A stretch of DNA of 64,000 bases from an uncultured Gemmatimonadales bacterium (lineage in GTDB: Bacteria > Gemmatimonadota > Gemmatimonadetes > Gemmatimonadales > GWC2-71-9), in NCBI GenBank assembly GCA_963795085.1, contig CAWCFX010000002.1, positions 224,001 to 288,000 on the forward strand. Direction: 5' to 3'. Positions 36,993-46,632 of the stretch are shown one piece after another. The first letter of the stretch is position 1, and each line of letters starts with the position of its first letter. The notes below the pieces were generated by a model that did no database searches, was not told the DNA's origin, and worked only from the letters and a program-made list of their open reading frames with translations. A program made the position numbers and the translations under genes.

Positions 36993-38698
36993 TGCCGCGG
37001 CGCATCGCGATTCTCCCGGATGCCGTGGCCGACCAGATCGCCGCCGGCGAGGTGGTGGAACGGCCGGCCTCGGTGGTGAAGGAACTGGTCGAGAACGCGC
37101 TCGATGCCGGCGCGACCCGGGTCCGGGTGGAGCTGGAGAACGGCGGCAAGACCCGGATCGACGTGAGCGACGACGGCTGGGGGATGGGGCGGGAGGATGC
37201 CGTGCTGGCGCTGGACCGGCACGCGACCAGCAAGATCACGACGGCGGCCGACCTGGTCGGGGTGGCGACGTTCGGGTTCCGGGGCGAGGCGCTCCCGTCC
37301 ATCGCATCGGTCTCCCGCCTGGAGCTGGTGACGGCGGAGGAGGAAGGCAGCGGTACCCGGCTCACGGCGGCCGGCGGGCGGCTCGACACGGTGGAAGCGG
37401 CGGCGCGCCAGCGGGGCACCACCGTTTCGGTTCGCACGCTCTTCTACAACACGCCGGCCCGCCGCAAATTTCTCCGCTCGGTGTCCAGCGAGTCCCGGGC
37501 GGCGTATGAGGCGGTGGCGACGCTGGCGCTGGCCCACCCGGAGGCCGGGTTCGACCTGCTGCTGGACGGACGGTCCCGGCTCACCGTTCCCGGCGGGCAG
37601 ACCCTGGAAGAGCGGGTGGCCGGCGTATGGGGACGCGATATCGCGGGCACCCTGGTCCCGGTCGAGTTTGCGGCGGGGAGCTTCCGGATCACCGGCTATA
37701 TCCAGCGGCCGGCCGATGCCCAGCCGACCGGACGGCGGACCCAGCTGTTCATCAACACCCGGCCGTTTCGCGATCCATTCCTGGTTCGCGCGGCGGAGGC
37801 GGGCTACCGCTCGGCGATCGCCCCCGGCGACCGGCCCTCGCTGTTGCTCATGATCGAAGCGCCGGCCGGCGAGATCGACGTCAACGTGCATCCCGCCAAG
37901 CTGGAAGTACGGTTTCGCGACCGCATCGGCGCGGAGAAGACCGTGGAGGACGCGGTGCGGCATGGCCTGGCTGACCTGGTGGCGGCCGCGTCCATCGGGT
38001 CCTGGCAGGGCGCCGCATCCAGCTGGGTCGGCATGCCGGCGCGCGCCGCGGGGGCGCCTGCGTTCGGGGACGACCTGTTCGCGCCGCCGGCCGCTCCGGG
38101 GAGCGGCGGAGCGGAGCCGGTGGAGCCCGTGCTTCCCGCGCTCACCCAGTTGTTTGATACCTATATCGTGTACGAAGTGCCCCAGGCATGGGTCATCGTG
38201 GACCAGCACTCGGCGCACGAACGAGTGCTCTATGAGCGCACGATGGCGCAGTTGACCGGGTCGCCGGTCGCCGCACAGCGGCTGTTGCTGCCGGTGCCGC
38301 TGGAGCTGACCGACGAGGAACTCGACGTCCTCGAGCATGCCCGCCCCATGCTGGCGCAGGTCGGCTTCGAGGTGACATCGCTGGGCGGCCGCACCGTCAT
38401 GCTCCAGACGGTTCCGCACCCGCATCCCCGGTTCGACGCGGCCCGCTGTTTCAAAGAGATGGTGGCGGACCTGGCCCGGGGCCGCTTTGGCGGGTGGAAG
38501 AACGCGCTGGAGCGGTTCGCCGCCACCTATGCCTGCCGGGCCGCCGTCATGGCGGGTGAGAAGCTGGACCCGAGCGAAATGCGCGAGCTGATCATCCGCC
38601 TGATGGCCTGCACCCTTCCGCCCCATGACGTGCATGGCCGGGCCACCATGGTGCAGTTGCCGAGGGAAGAGCTGGAGCGCCGGTTCGGCCGGCGGTGA
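36992..38698 (+). CDS. mutL: DNA mismatch repair endonuclease
   Basis: QIAAGEVVERPASVVKELVEN, GFRGEAL, DVNVHPAK, DQHSAHER and HGR motifs. Confidence 0.96.
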   Translation: MPRRIAILPDAVADQIAAGEVVERPASVVKELVENALDAGATRVRVELENGGKTRIDVSDDGWGMGREDAVLALDRHATSKITTAADLVGVATFGFRGEALPSIASVSRLELVTAEEEGSGTRLTAAGGRLDTVEAAARQRGTTVSVRTLFYNTPARRKFLRSVSSESRAAYEAVATLALAHPEAGFDLLLDGRSRLTVPGGQTLEERVAGVWGRDIAGTLVPVEFAAGSFRITGYIQRPADAQPTGRRTQLFINTRPFRDPFLVRAAEAGYRSAIAPGDRPSLLLMIEAPAGEIDVNVHPAKLEVRFRDRIGAEKTVEDAVRHGLADLVAAASIGSWQGAASSWVGMPARAAGAPAFGDDLFAPPAAPGSGGAEPVEPVLPALTQLFDTYIVYEVPQAWVIVDQHSAHERVLYERTMAQLTGSPVAAQRLLLPVPLELTDEELDVLEHARPMLAQVGFEVTSLGGRTVMLQTVPHPHPRFDAARCFKEMVADLARGRFGGWKNALERFAATYACRAAVMAGEKLDPSEMRELIIRLMACTLPPHDVHGRATMVQLPREELERRFGRR

Positions 38699-38745
38699 TG
38701 CCACCACACGCGCCCTCCCTGGGGAGACGGGATCACTCTTTGCGC

Positions 38746-39684
38746 ATGCCAGCAGCGAAGCCCGACCGCCGCCTGGTCCCGGTGCTCTGCGGCCCGACCG
38801 CGGTCGGCAAGACCGCGGTGGCGCTGGCGCTGGCCGCCACCTGGGAGATGGAAGTCGTCTCCGCCGACAGCCGGCAGATCTACCGGAACCTCGACATCGG
38901 CACCGCCAAGCCGACCCGGAAAGAGCGGCACCGGCTACCGCACCATGGACTCGACCTGGTCGCGCCGGGCGAGCGCTACAGCGCCGGCCGCTTCGCCCGG
39001 GATGCCGCGGGCTGGATCCGGGACCTGCGCCTCCGGGAGAAGACGCCGGTGGTGGTGGGAGGCACCGGGCTCTATATCCGCGCCCTCGCCGACGGCCTCT
39101 TCAAGGAACCGGCGCTCGACCCGGACCGCCGCCGTGAGCTGGAACGGTGGACCGGCGCGCTGGAAGACGGAGAACTGGTCCGGTGGGCTACCCGGCTGGA
39201 TCCGGGATTTCGAGGCGGGGGGCGGCAGCGGGCCCAGCGAGCCATCGAGGTGGCCCTGCTGACGGGGCGGGCCCTGTCGCACTGGCAGCAAGCCGCCCGC
39301 ACCGGCGGCGCCATCCGGCCCTGGTACGTGGTGCTCACGGTCCCCCGCCCGATCCTGCATCAGCGGATTCTCCGCCGCTCGAAAGAGATGGTGCAGCGCG
39401 GCGTGATCGAAGAAGTCGCCGCGGTGCTGGCCGAGGGCGTGGCCCAGGACGCACCGGGGCTCGACGCCATCGGGATGCGGGAGGCGGTGGCCTACCTCCA
39501 GGGCCGCTTGGAGCGTGAAGCAGTGGCCGAGACCATTGCCACCAGCACCCGCCAGTACGCCAAGCGGCAGGAGACCTGGTTTCGTCACCAGTTGAGCGGA
39601 CCGGTTCTCACCCTGGATGCCACCCGTGCGCCGGACCAGGTGGCCGCGGAGATCGCCGGCGCGTGGGCGGAGCGTCATGGGTGA
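38746..39684 (+). CDS. miaA: tRNA dimethylallyltransferase (start uncertain)
   Basis: GPTAVGKT, ADSRQIY, GGTGLY and TRQYAKRQETW motifs. Confidence 0.95.
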   Translation: MPAAKPDRRLVPVLCGPTAVGKTAVALALAATWEMEVVSADSRQIYRNLDIGTAKPTRKERHRLPHHGLDLVAPGERYSAGRFARDAAGWIRDLRLREKTPVVVGGTGLYIRALADGLFKEPALDPDRRRELERWTGALEDGELVRWATRLDPGFRGGGRQRAQRAIEVALLTGRALSHWQQAARTGGAIRPWYVVLTVPRPILHQRILRRSKEMVQRGVIEEVAAVLAEGVAQDAPGLDAIGMREAVAYLQGRLEREAVAETIATSTRQYAKRQETWFRHQLSGPVLTLDATRAPDQVAAEIAGAWAERHG

Positions 39685-39685
39685 G

Positions 39686-39714
39686 TGGACATTCCCGGCA
39701 GGCCCGGCTATCGT
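39686..39714 (+). promoter_or_regulatory. Putative sigma70 promoter for bshA
   Basis: TGGACA-N17-TATCGT. Confidence 0.5.
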
Positions 39715-39727
39715 GCGCGGCCGTGGG

Positions 39728-39769
39728 AGAGTGCAGAGTGCAGAGTGCAGAGTGCAGAGTGCAGAGTGC
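39728..39769 (+). repeat. Perfect tandem repeat (AGAGTGC)x6
   Basis: Six exact heptamer copies between miaA and bshA. Confidence 0.95.
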
Positions 39770-39804
39770 AGTGAAGTGGTGAGCGGCCTTCAGCCAGGAA
39801 CTCC

Positions 39805-40941
39805 ATGCGCATTGGCATCACCTGTTATCCGACCTATGGCGGTTCCGGCGCTGTGGCCACCGAGTTGGGGCTGGAGCTGGCCCGCCGCGGGCACGAGGTG
39901 CATTTCATCACCTATGCTTCGCCGTTCCGCCTCCGCGGCTACGCGGAGCGGGTGTATTTCCACGAAGTGGACACCCGGATGGGGCGGTACCCGCTGTTCG
40001 ACCACTTCCCGTACACCCTGGCGCTGGCCTCCAAGCAGCACGAGGTCGCGCTGCGCGAGCGGCTGGATATTCTCCACGTGCACTACGCGATCCCCCACGC
40101 CACCACCGCCTACCTCGCGCGGGAGATGCTGGATGGGGAATTGCCGCTCAAGGTCATCACCACCCTGCACGGCACCGACATTACCCTGGTGGGGCAGGAA
40201 CAGAACTTCTACGCGATCACCAAGTTTTCCATCGAGCGGTCCGACCAGGTGACGGCGGTGTCCCACTACCTCAAGGACGAGACCTACCGGGCCTTCGGCT
40301 GTGAAAGCTGCCACCTGCGGATGATTCCCAACTTCGTCAATCTCCAGGAATATTTTCCGGTGTCGCCGAGCACCGCCGGCGATTGCCGCGGCTCGGTGGC
40401 CCCGGCGGGGCACAAGGTGGTCTGTCACGTCTCCAACTTCCGGGAGGTCAAGCGGGTCAAGGACGTGATCCGCATCTTCACGCGGATCCGTCGCGCGATG
40501 CCCGCGACCCTGTTGATGATCGGCGACGGGCCGGACCGGGAAGAGGCCGAGCAGGAGGCGCGGGAGCTGGAAGTGGCCGCCGATGTCCGCTTCCTGGGAC
40601 GGATCGACCGGGTCGCAAACCTGCTACAGGCGACCGACCTGTTCCTGCTGCCATCACAGACCGAGTCATTCGGCCTGGCTGCCCTGGAGGCCATGGCCTG
40701 CGGCGCCCCGGTGGTGGCGAGCCGGGCCGGCGGCCTCCCCGAAGTGATCGACGACGCGGTCTCCGGAATCCTCGAGCCGGTCGGCTCGGTGGAAGCGATG
40801 GGCCGCCGCGCGGTGGAGCTGCTCCGCAACGCCCCGGCCCACGCCGCCATGCGGGAGGCGGCCATCGCCAAGGCGGGCCAGTACTCCGCGGACATCGTCG
40901 TCCCGATGTACGAAGCGCTGTACCGCGAGTTCGCGGAGTAG
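39805..40941 (+). CDS. bshA: N-acetyl-alpha-D-glucosaminyl L-malate synthase (bacillithiol)
   Basis: MRIGITCYPTYGGSG, HVHYAIPHA, TTLHGTDITLVG, HVSNFREVKR and ESFGLAALEAM motifs. Confidence 0.92.
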   Translation: MRIGITCYPTYGGSGAVATELGLELARRGHEVHFITYASPFRLRGYAERVYFHEVDTRMGRYPLFDHFPYTLALASKQHEVALRERLDILHVHYAIPHATTAYLAREMLDGELPLKVITTLHGTDITLVGQEQNFYAITKFSIERSDQVTAVSHYLKDETYRAFGCESCHLRMIPNFVNLQEYFPVSPSTAGDCRGSVAPAGHKVVCHVSNFREVKRVKDVIRIFTRIRRAMPATLLMIGDGPDREEAEQEARELEVAADVRFLGRIDRVANLLQATDLFLLPSQTESFGLAALEAMACGAPVVASRAGGLPEVIDDAVSGILEPVGSVEAMGRRAVELLRNAPAHAAMREAAIAKAGQYSADIVVPMYEALYREFAE

Positions 40942-40947
40942 CGTCCC

Positions 40948-41745
40948 ATGGACGATCTGTACAAGGCGGTCATCCTCGGGCTGGTGGAAGGTGCCACCGA
41001 GTTCATCCCGGTCTCCTCTACCGGGCACCTGATCATTGCGAGCGAGTGGCTGGGGTTTATCGGCGAGCGGGCCAAGACCTTCGAGATCTTCATCCAGTTG
41101 GGCGCCATTCTTTCTATCGTATGGCTGTACCGCACCACCTTCGCCGGGCTGCTGGCCGGCTGGTCGCAGGCCGGGCCCCGCCGCCTGGTGGTGAACCTGG
41201 CCATCGCCTTCCTCCCGGCTGCCATCGTCGGCCTCCTCCTGCATGACTGGATCAAGGCTCACCTGTTCAACCCGGTGACGGTAGCGGTCGCCCTGGTCGC
41301 CGGGGGCATCCTGATCCTGGTGATCGAGGGGCTGAAGCCGCCCGTACGGGTGGAGGCGACCGAGGACATTCCCTATGGCACGGCCCTCGGGGTCGGCCTG
41401 GCGCAGGTGCTCTCGCTCTTTCCGGGCGTGTCCCGCTCCGGCGCCACCATCATGGGCGGCTACGCCCTGGGGCTTTCCCGGAAGGCAGCCACCGAGTTCT
41501 CCTTTTTCCTGGCCGTGCCGGTCATGTTCGCGGCGACGCTCTTCGACCTCTACGGCAGCCGGGATGTGCTGACCCTGGCCGATGGGCCGCTCTTCGCCAC
41601 CGGGTTCGCGGTGTCCTTCATTTCGGCCCTGATCGTAGTAAAGGCATTCCTCGGGTTCGTCGCCCGTCGCAGCTTTGCCGTCTTCGCCTGGTACCGGATC
41701 GTATTCGGTGGGCTGCTGCTGGCCTGGTTCGGGTGGGCGGCCTAG
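40948..41745 (+). CDS. uppP: Undecaprenyl-diphosphate phosphatase
   Basis: GLVEGATEFIPVSSTGH, PGVSRSGAT and ATEFSFFLA motifs. Confidence 0.95.
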   Translation: MDDLYKAVILGLVEGATEFIPVSSTGHLIIASEWLGFIGERAKTFEIFIQLGAILSIVWLYRTTFAGLLAGWSQAGPRRLVVNLAIAFLPAAIVGLLLHDWIKAHLFNPVTVAVALVAGGILILVIEGLKPPVRVEATEDIPYGTALGVGLAQVLSLFPGVSRSGATIMGGYALGLSRKAATEFSFFLAVPVMFAATLFDLYGSRDVLTLADGPLFATGFAVSFISALIVVKAFLGFVARRSFAVFAWYRIVFGGLLLAWFGWAA

Positions 41746-41761
41746 CCGGCCTGGTCCGCAG

Positions 41762-42478
41762 ATGACCGGCCCCGCGATTCACCGCTATTTCGAGGTCAGT
41801 TCCACCCTCGACGTGCTGCATGAGCTGGCCGGCCGGGGTGCGCCCCACGGCACGGTGGTCGTCGCCGGGGAGCAACGGGAGGGCCGGGGCACCCGGGGGC
41901 GCACCTGGTACTCGCCCCCCGGCGGGCTCTGGTATAGCATCCTGTATCGCCGGGTGGCCGAAAGCGCGCTGGAGCAGTTGAGTCTGCGCATCGGCCTTGG
42001 CGCGGTCCGGGCGGTGGAGTCGGTGGCCGGCGGGGTACGGCTGGGACTCAAGTGGCCCAACGACCTGATGCTGGGCGAGCGAAAGCTGGGGGGGATCCTC
42101 GGCGAGGCGCGCTGGCAGGGCGCCAGGCTGGCGTGGGTAGTCGTCGGCATCGGGATCAACGTCCAGAACCCGGTTCCCACCGACATGGCCAGCACCGCGG
42201 TGTCGCTGGCCGACCAGGTCCCGGGGCTGGCGCCCGGCGACCTCGTCCTGCCCCTCACGACGATGTTGCGGGAGATTTCGCAGGAGCGGGTCGGGCTCGA
42301 CGCGGGAGAATTGGCCGAGTTTCGCGGACGGGACTGGCTCATGGGGCGGCGGCTCACGGAACCGGTGCCGGGAATCGCGCGGGGGATCCGGCCCGACGGG
42401 GCGCTGCTGGTCGAGCAGGCCGACGGCAGCACCCTGCCGGTGCGGGCCGGCCAGCCGGGCCTGGCAAGCCCCGCCTGA
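41762..42478 (+). CDS. birA: Biotin-protein ligase without an HTH domain
   Basis: QREGRGTRGRTW, LKWPND, KLGGIL and GIGIN motifs. Confidence 0.9.
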   Translation: MTGPAIHRYFEVSSTLDVLHELAGRGAPHGTVVVAGEQREGRGTRGRTWYSPPGGLWYSILYRRVAESALEQLSLRIGLGAVRAVESVAGGVRLGLKWPNDLMLGERKLGGILGEARWQGARLAWVVVGIGINVQNPVPTDMASTAVSLADQVPGLAPGDLVLPLTTMLREISQERVGLDAGELAEFRGRDWLMGRRLTEPVPGIARGIRPDGALLVEQADGSTLPVRAGQPGLASPA

Positions 42479-42525
42479 AGCCATCGCCGCCGACCCATCA
42501 CGCTGCATCTACGCCGGGATCTCTC

Positions 42526-43305
42526 ATGCTGCTCGCGCTCGACATCGGCAATTCGGAAATCACGGTGGGGCTGTTTCGGGGCGAGAGCCTGGCCGCCCAC
42601 TGGCGGCTCACCACCAACCCCGACCGGACTTCGGACGAGTGGGGCAGTGCCATCGGCGCGTTCCTGCTCCAGGCCGGTCACTCGCCCAACGAGGTTCGGG
42701 CCTGCTGCCTGGCCTCGGTGGCGCCCCAGGTGACTCAGAGCGTGGTGAGCGGGCTGGAGGTCCTGACCGGCGTGCGGCCCGTCACCATTACCCCCCGGAC
42801 GCCGCTGCCGATCCGGCTCGATGTCGATGAACCGATGAGCGTGGGCGCCGACCGGATTGTCAATGCGCTGGCCGCGCTGGCCCGGTTCGAGCACGATACG
42901 GTCGTCGTGGACTTCGGGACGGCCACCACCTTCGATTGCGTCACCGCGGACGGCCGTTTCATCGGCGGCGCCATCATGCCCGGCCTGCGTACCTCCGCGG
43001 ACCAGTTGACCCGCCGGGCCGCCAAACTCCCCGCCACGGAACTGGCCCCGCCGGAACGGGCCATCGGGCGCCGCACCGAGGACTGCATTCGGGCCGGTGT
43101 GCTCTATGGAGCCGCCGACTCGGTGGATGGCATGATCACCCGGATTCGCCGCGAATGGCCTGGCGGCGCGGTCCCCAAGGTCGTCGCCACCGGAGGCCTG
43201 GCGCCCATTGTCACCCCCTTCACCAGCCTGGTGGACGCGGTGGATCCCGACCTGACCCTCCGCGGCCTGCGGATCGCGGCCCGCCATCTGAACCTGGAAT
43301 GGTGA
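42526..43305 (+). CDS. coaX: Type III pantothenate kinase
   Basis: LDIGNS, VGADRI, DFGTATT and ATGG motifs. Confidence 0.94.
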   Translation: MLLALDIGNSEITVGLFRGESLAAHWRLTTNPDRTSDEWGSAIGAFLLQAGHSPNEVRACCLASVAPQVTQSVVSGLEVLTGVRPVTITPRTPLPIRLDVDEPMSVGADRIVNALAALARFEHDTVVVDFGTATTFDCVTADGRFIGGAIMPGLRTSADQLTRRAAKLPATELAPPERAIGRRTEDCIRAGVLYGAADSVDGMITRIRREWPGGAVPKVVATGGLAPIVTPFTSLVDAVDPDLTLRGLRIAARHLNLEW

Positions 43306-44240
43306 CGTATCCCGCCTGGGCTCTCGCCAGCCCGGCGCGGCGGTGGGCCTACCGGCTCCTGGGTCCCGCCCTTTCCTATTTCCTGCACCTGCGCCCCGCC
43401 GAATGGCCGATCATGGCCGGGCATACGCTCCTCGGCTACCTCCTCGCCACCGGCTGGCCGGGCGCCACCCAGGCATGGGCATGGAGACAGGGCCTGCTGG
43501 GACTGGCGCTGTGGGTGGTGTGCCTCAACGGCGGGACGCTCGCCATCAATTCCGCGTTCGACAAGGATGAAGGGGACGTCGGCTATCTTCGCCGGCCGCC
43601 GCCGCCCCCGCGATATCTCCTCGCCGTGGGTCTGGGCCTGATGGCTGCGGGGCAGGGGCTGGCCTTTCTGTTGCCGCGGGAGTTTGCCTGGGCGTACGGC
43701 GTCTGCTTCCTGCTCTCGGTCGCCTACTCGGTGCCGCCGCTCCGGCTCAAGGCGGTGGCCGGCGCCGACCTGCTCATCAACATGTGGGGCTTCGGGACCC
43801 TGACGCCCTACGCCGGCTGGGCGGCCACCGGCCTCCCGCTGCCGGCCTGGGGCCTCCTGGTCCTGCTGGCCTTCGCCCCTCTGTTCGCGGCCCTCTATCC
43901 GCTCACCCAGCTCTACCAGTTCGACGAAGACCAGCGGCGGGGCGACCGCACCCTCGCTCTCCGCCTGGGCATGGGACGGAGCCTCGATGTCGCGCTGGCC
44001 ATGACCCTGGTCGCGTTCGCGCTCCTGGGGTGGGCCGGCCGGAGTGCGGGCTGGGACTCGGGGGACGGCGGGCGGTGGTCCCTGCTCGCCTTCGCCCTGC
44101 TGCTCTGGCTGGTGATCCTGCTGCCGTGGCGGAGCCGGTTCCGCCGGCTCTCCCCAGGTGAGCACCAGCACGGCATGTATCGCGCACTCGGCGCCTGGGC
44201 GGTGACGGACGTGGCGGTGCTGCTGGCCTTCGGGCTCTAG
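43299..44240 (+). CDS. UbiA family prenyltransferase
   Basis: LRPAEW, NSAFDKDEGD, YSVPPLRLK and QLYQFDEDQRRGDRT motifs. Multi-TM. Confidence 0.8.
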   Translation: MVTYPAWALASPARRWAYRLLGPALSYFLHLRPAEWPIMAGHTLLGYLLATGWPGATQAWAWRQGLLGLALWVVCLNGGTLAINSAFDKDEGDVGYLRRPPPPPRYLLAVGLGLMAAGQGLAFLLPREFAWAYGVCFLLSVAYSVPPLRLKAVAGADLLINMWGFGTLTPYAGWAATGLPLPAWGLLVLLAFAPLFAALYPLTQLYQFDEDQRRGDRTLALRLGMGRSLDVALAMTLVAFALLGWAGRSAGWDSGDGGRWSLLAFALLLWLVILLPWRSRFRRLSPGEHQHGMYRALGAWAVTDVAVLLAFGL

Positions 44241-44353
44241 CCCGCCAGACCTACCCGCAAGCCGCTGCTCTGGTTATCGTTAAGCCGCTTGGCCCGACTC
44301 CGTCGGTGCGCGCCGCCGACCTCCATTTCTCGTCGCCCCTAGCCCCTGAGGCC

Positions 44354-44977
44354 ATGACCAGCGCTGCTGCGGCTCACTCCGACCGAATCGACATTCCCCG
44401 GGTTGTCCGGCTGGCGATCGTGCTGGGCATCATCCAGACCGTCATCGTCGCGCTCTTCGCCGTGGTTACCCGCCTGTTCGACGGGCCGGTCGAGAAGGCC
44501 CTCGAGGCGGTCCTGCTGGTGATCGGGCTGGCCGCGACCATCCTGCTGCCGGGTCTCTGGACCCGGGCCCGCACCATCGACGGGATCGCCGCGGCGGCCG
44601 GGATCGGCCTCAGCGCCACGGTCGTGTTCCTTCTGCTGGACGTGGCGCTGTTGCAGCCGCTGGGCGCCTACACGTTCCGGTGGCGCGATATCGGCGGCGG
44701 CAGCAACTGGTGGTACCACCCGGTCTGGTGGATGGCCGGGACGTATCTCGCCTGGATGGGCGCGTTTATCCTGGCCAATCAGACCGCCCGGCGCGGGCAG
44801 CCCTCGGTGGCCGGCCTCGCCATGCTGGTGGTCATCGCCGCGCTGGTCCTCGGCGCCCTGGCCACGCTGGTCCATTTCCCCGGCGCCGGCTGGAACATCC
44901 CGACTTTCGGCATTGCCGTCCTGCCTGCGCTGGCGGTGGCGACCGCGGTCAGCGGGCTGGGAGCGCGGCGGCCGTGA
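44354..44977 (+). CDS. Hypothetical multi-pass membrane protein
   Basis: About six hydrophobic segments and a GGGSNWWYHPVWW loop. Confidence 0.75.
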   Translation: MTSAAAAHSDRIDIPRVVRLAIVLGIIQTVIVALFAVVTRLFDGPVEKALEAVLLVIGLAATILLPGLWTRARTIDGIAAAAGIGLSATVVFLLLDVALLQPLGAYTFRWRDIGGGSNWWYHPVWWMAGTYLAWMGAFILANQTARRGQPSVAGLAMLVVIAALVLGALATLVHFPGAGWNIPTFGIAVLPALAVATAVSGLGARRP

Positions 44978-44981
44978 GCCG

Positions 44982-45296
44982 ATGCGGATAGCCCGGTTTC
45001 TCGCCCGGCTGGTCGGTTGGCTGCTCACGCCGCTCATCGCGTGGGCAGCTTCGTTTATCGGCGCCCTCTTCGGGGCGTTCCTGGCCAGGACCATCACCTC
45101 GCCCGGTGTCGGTATCGCGGTGACGCTGCTCTGCGGCGCGATCGCCGGACTGGGAACCCTGGGCCTGGTGATTCACTACCTGCGCCGCTCGCCCAAGCTG
45201 CGACAGGCGCTCCATGTCACCGAGGATGCGATCCCGGATACGTCCGAGTTTCTGGCCGACGACGTGCCCTCCTCGCCGCCGGGGCAGGGATCGTGA
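44982..45296 (+). CDS. Hypothetical two-TM protein
   Basis: MRIARFLARLVGWLLTP, two TM segments, acidic tail. Confidence 0.65.
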   Translation: MRIARFLARLVGWLLTPLIAWAASFIGALFGAFLARTITSPGVGIAVTLLCGAIAGLGTLGLVIHYLRRSPKLRQALHVTEDAIPDTSEFLADDVPSSPPGQGS

Positions 45297-45658
45297 AGAC
45301 CAGCGTCGCCATCCTGGGAATCCTGACCGCCTGCGGCGGTGACCCGGCACCGGCGCGGTCGGAGCGCCCGGCGCCGCCCGTGCCGATGGACAGCCTGGTC
45401 CTGACGACGGGAGACGGCACCGAGATCTGGTTCGCCGGAGCCATGCACGACTCCGCCGCCTCCGGAGAACCCTGCGTCGCCCACGCGGTGCAGATTCGCC
45501 GCGATGGCCACACCACGCCGGTGCCCCTGTTCTATGCCACCGAAGCACCGACCGTTCACGACGACAGCACCATCCGGGCAACGCTCGTGAGGCACTGCGC
45601 TCCCGCCGGGACCTACCTGGTCCATCTCGGGACCGGCCAGCCGGAGCGGGTCGAGTGA
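45293..45658 (+). CDS. Hypothetical lipoprotein
   Basis: GTG start, lipobox LTAC, one further Cys pair. GTGA overlaps. Confidence 0.65.
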   Translation: MKTSVAILGILTACGGDPAPARSERPAPPVPMDSLVLTTGDGTEIWFAGAMHDSAASGEPCVAHAVQIRRDGHTTPVPLFYATEAPTVHDDSTIRATLVRHCAPAGTYLVHLGTGQPERVE

Positions 45659-46632
45659 CCCGGGCCCGCGTGGTTCTGTTCGTCCTGCTGGCCGCCCTGG
45701 CGGGCCCGCGGCACCTTGCTGGCCAGGGCGTCATCGTCGAGGTCGGCCGGATGTTCTCCAGCCCGGACTGGACCACCTATCGGGTCGGGTTCACCCAGCC
45801 GCTCGCGGGCGCGCTGGGCTATACCCTCTATGGCGTACATGCGGGAGAAGCAGGGTCCGGCGGCCGGGGACTCTGGGGCCCGGGCGCCGATCTCACCGTT
45901 TTTCGCGGCGGAGTGCCGGGGCCCTATCTCGCGGCGGGACTCTCCGGCGGACTGGCCACCGGCGACGGCAATCAGTTCTGGGGCTCCTGGTCGGCGGGGA
46001 TGGGATACGAACTGCGGCCGGCCGGCCCTTTCTCATTGGGGGCCGAAGGGCGCTGGCGGGAACTGGAGTATGCCAGTGGCCGGGGCGGCGTGGAGATCGC
46101 GCTCCGGATTGGCGTCGAGTTCGGCGGGGGTCGCTCTGCCCCGGTTCCCACCCGCCCGGCCCCCGCGCCGACAGCCGGGAGTTCGGCTCCGATTCCGCTC
46201 CGCACTACGGTCGAACGCTCCGGAGTCCCCGCCGAGCGGGCCGGGACGGTCACCTCCGTGCTGGAGACCGCGCTGGAGGCCATGGGCACGCCCTACAAGT
46301 GGGGCGGGTCCGGCGAGGCCGATGGCGGGTTCGATTGTTCCGGCCTCATCCAGTATGCCTACGGTCAGCACGGCATCGCGCTGCCGCGGCGCAGCGCCGA
46401 CCAGGCGGGGCAGGGGAGCCGGGTGGACAAGCGGCTGGATGCCCTGCGGCCCGGTGATATCCTGACCTTCAGCAACGGCGGCGGGAGGGTTACCCATGTG
46501 GGACTGTACCTGGGCGATGGCCGGTTCATCCACAGCGCCAACGATGGTGTCCAGGTCAGCCTCCTCAGCGCCGACGATCCCTACGGCCGCTGGTGGTGGC
46601 GCCGGTGGGTGGGAGCCCGGCGGGTGGTCTAG
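45655..46632 (+). CDS. NlpC/P60 (C40) peptidase with N-terminal OM beta-barrel-like domain
   Basis: GTPYKWGG, FDCSGLI and HVGLYLGDGRFIHS. N-terminal amphipathic strands ending IGVEF, then a Pro linker. Confidence 0.85.
   Translation: MTRARVVLFVLLAALAGPRHLAGQGVIVEVGRMFSSPDWTTYRVGFTQPLAGALGYTLYGVHAGEAGSGGRGLWGPGADLTVFRGGVPGPYLAAGLSGGLATGDGNQFWGSWSAGMGYELRPAGPFSLGAEGRWRELEYASGRGGVEIALRIGVEFGGGRSAPVPTRPAPAPTAGSSAPIPLRTTVERSGVPAERAGTVTSVLETALEAMGTPYKWGGSGEADGGFDCSGLIQYAYGQHGIALPRRSADQAGQGSRVDKRLDALRPGDILTFSNGGGRVTHVGLYLGDGRFIHSANDGVQVSLLSADDPYGRWWWRRWVGARRVV

Noticed and set aside
39728..39769. Possible CRISPR array
   Set aside because: Contiguous 7-bp units with no spacers, and no cas genes.
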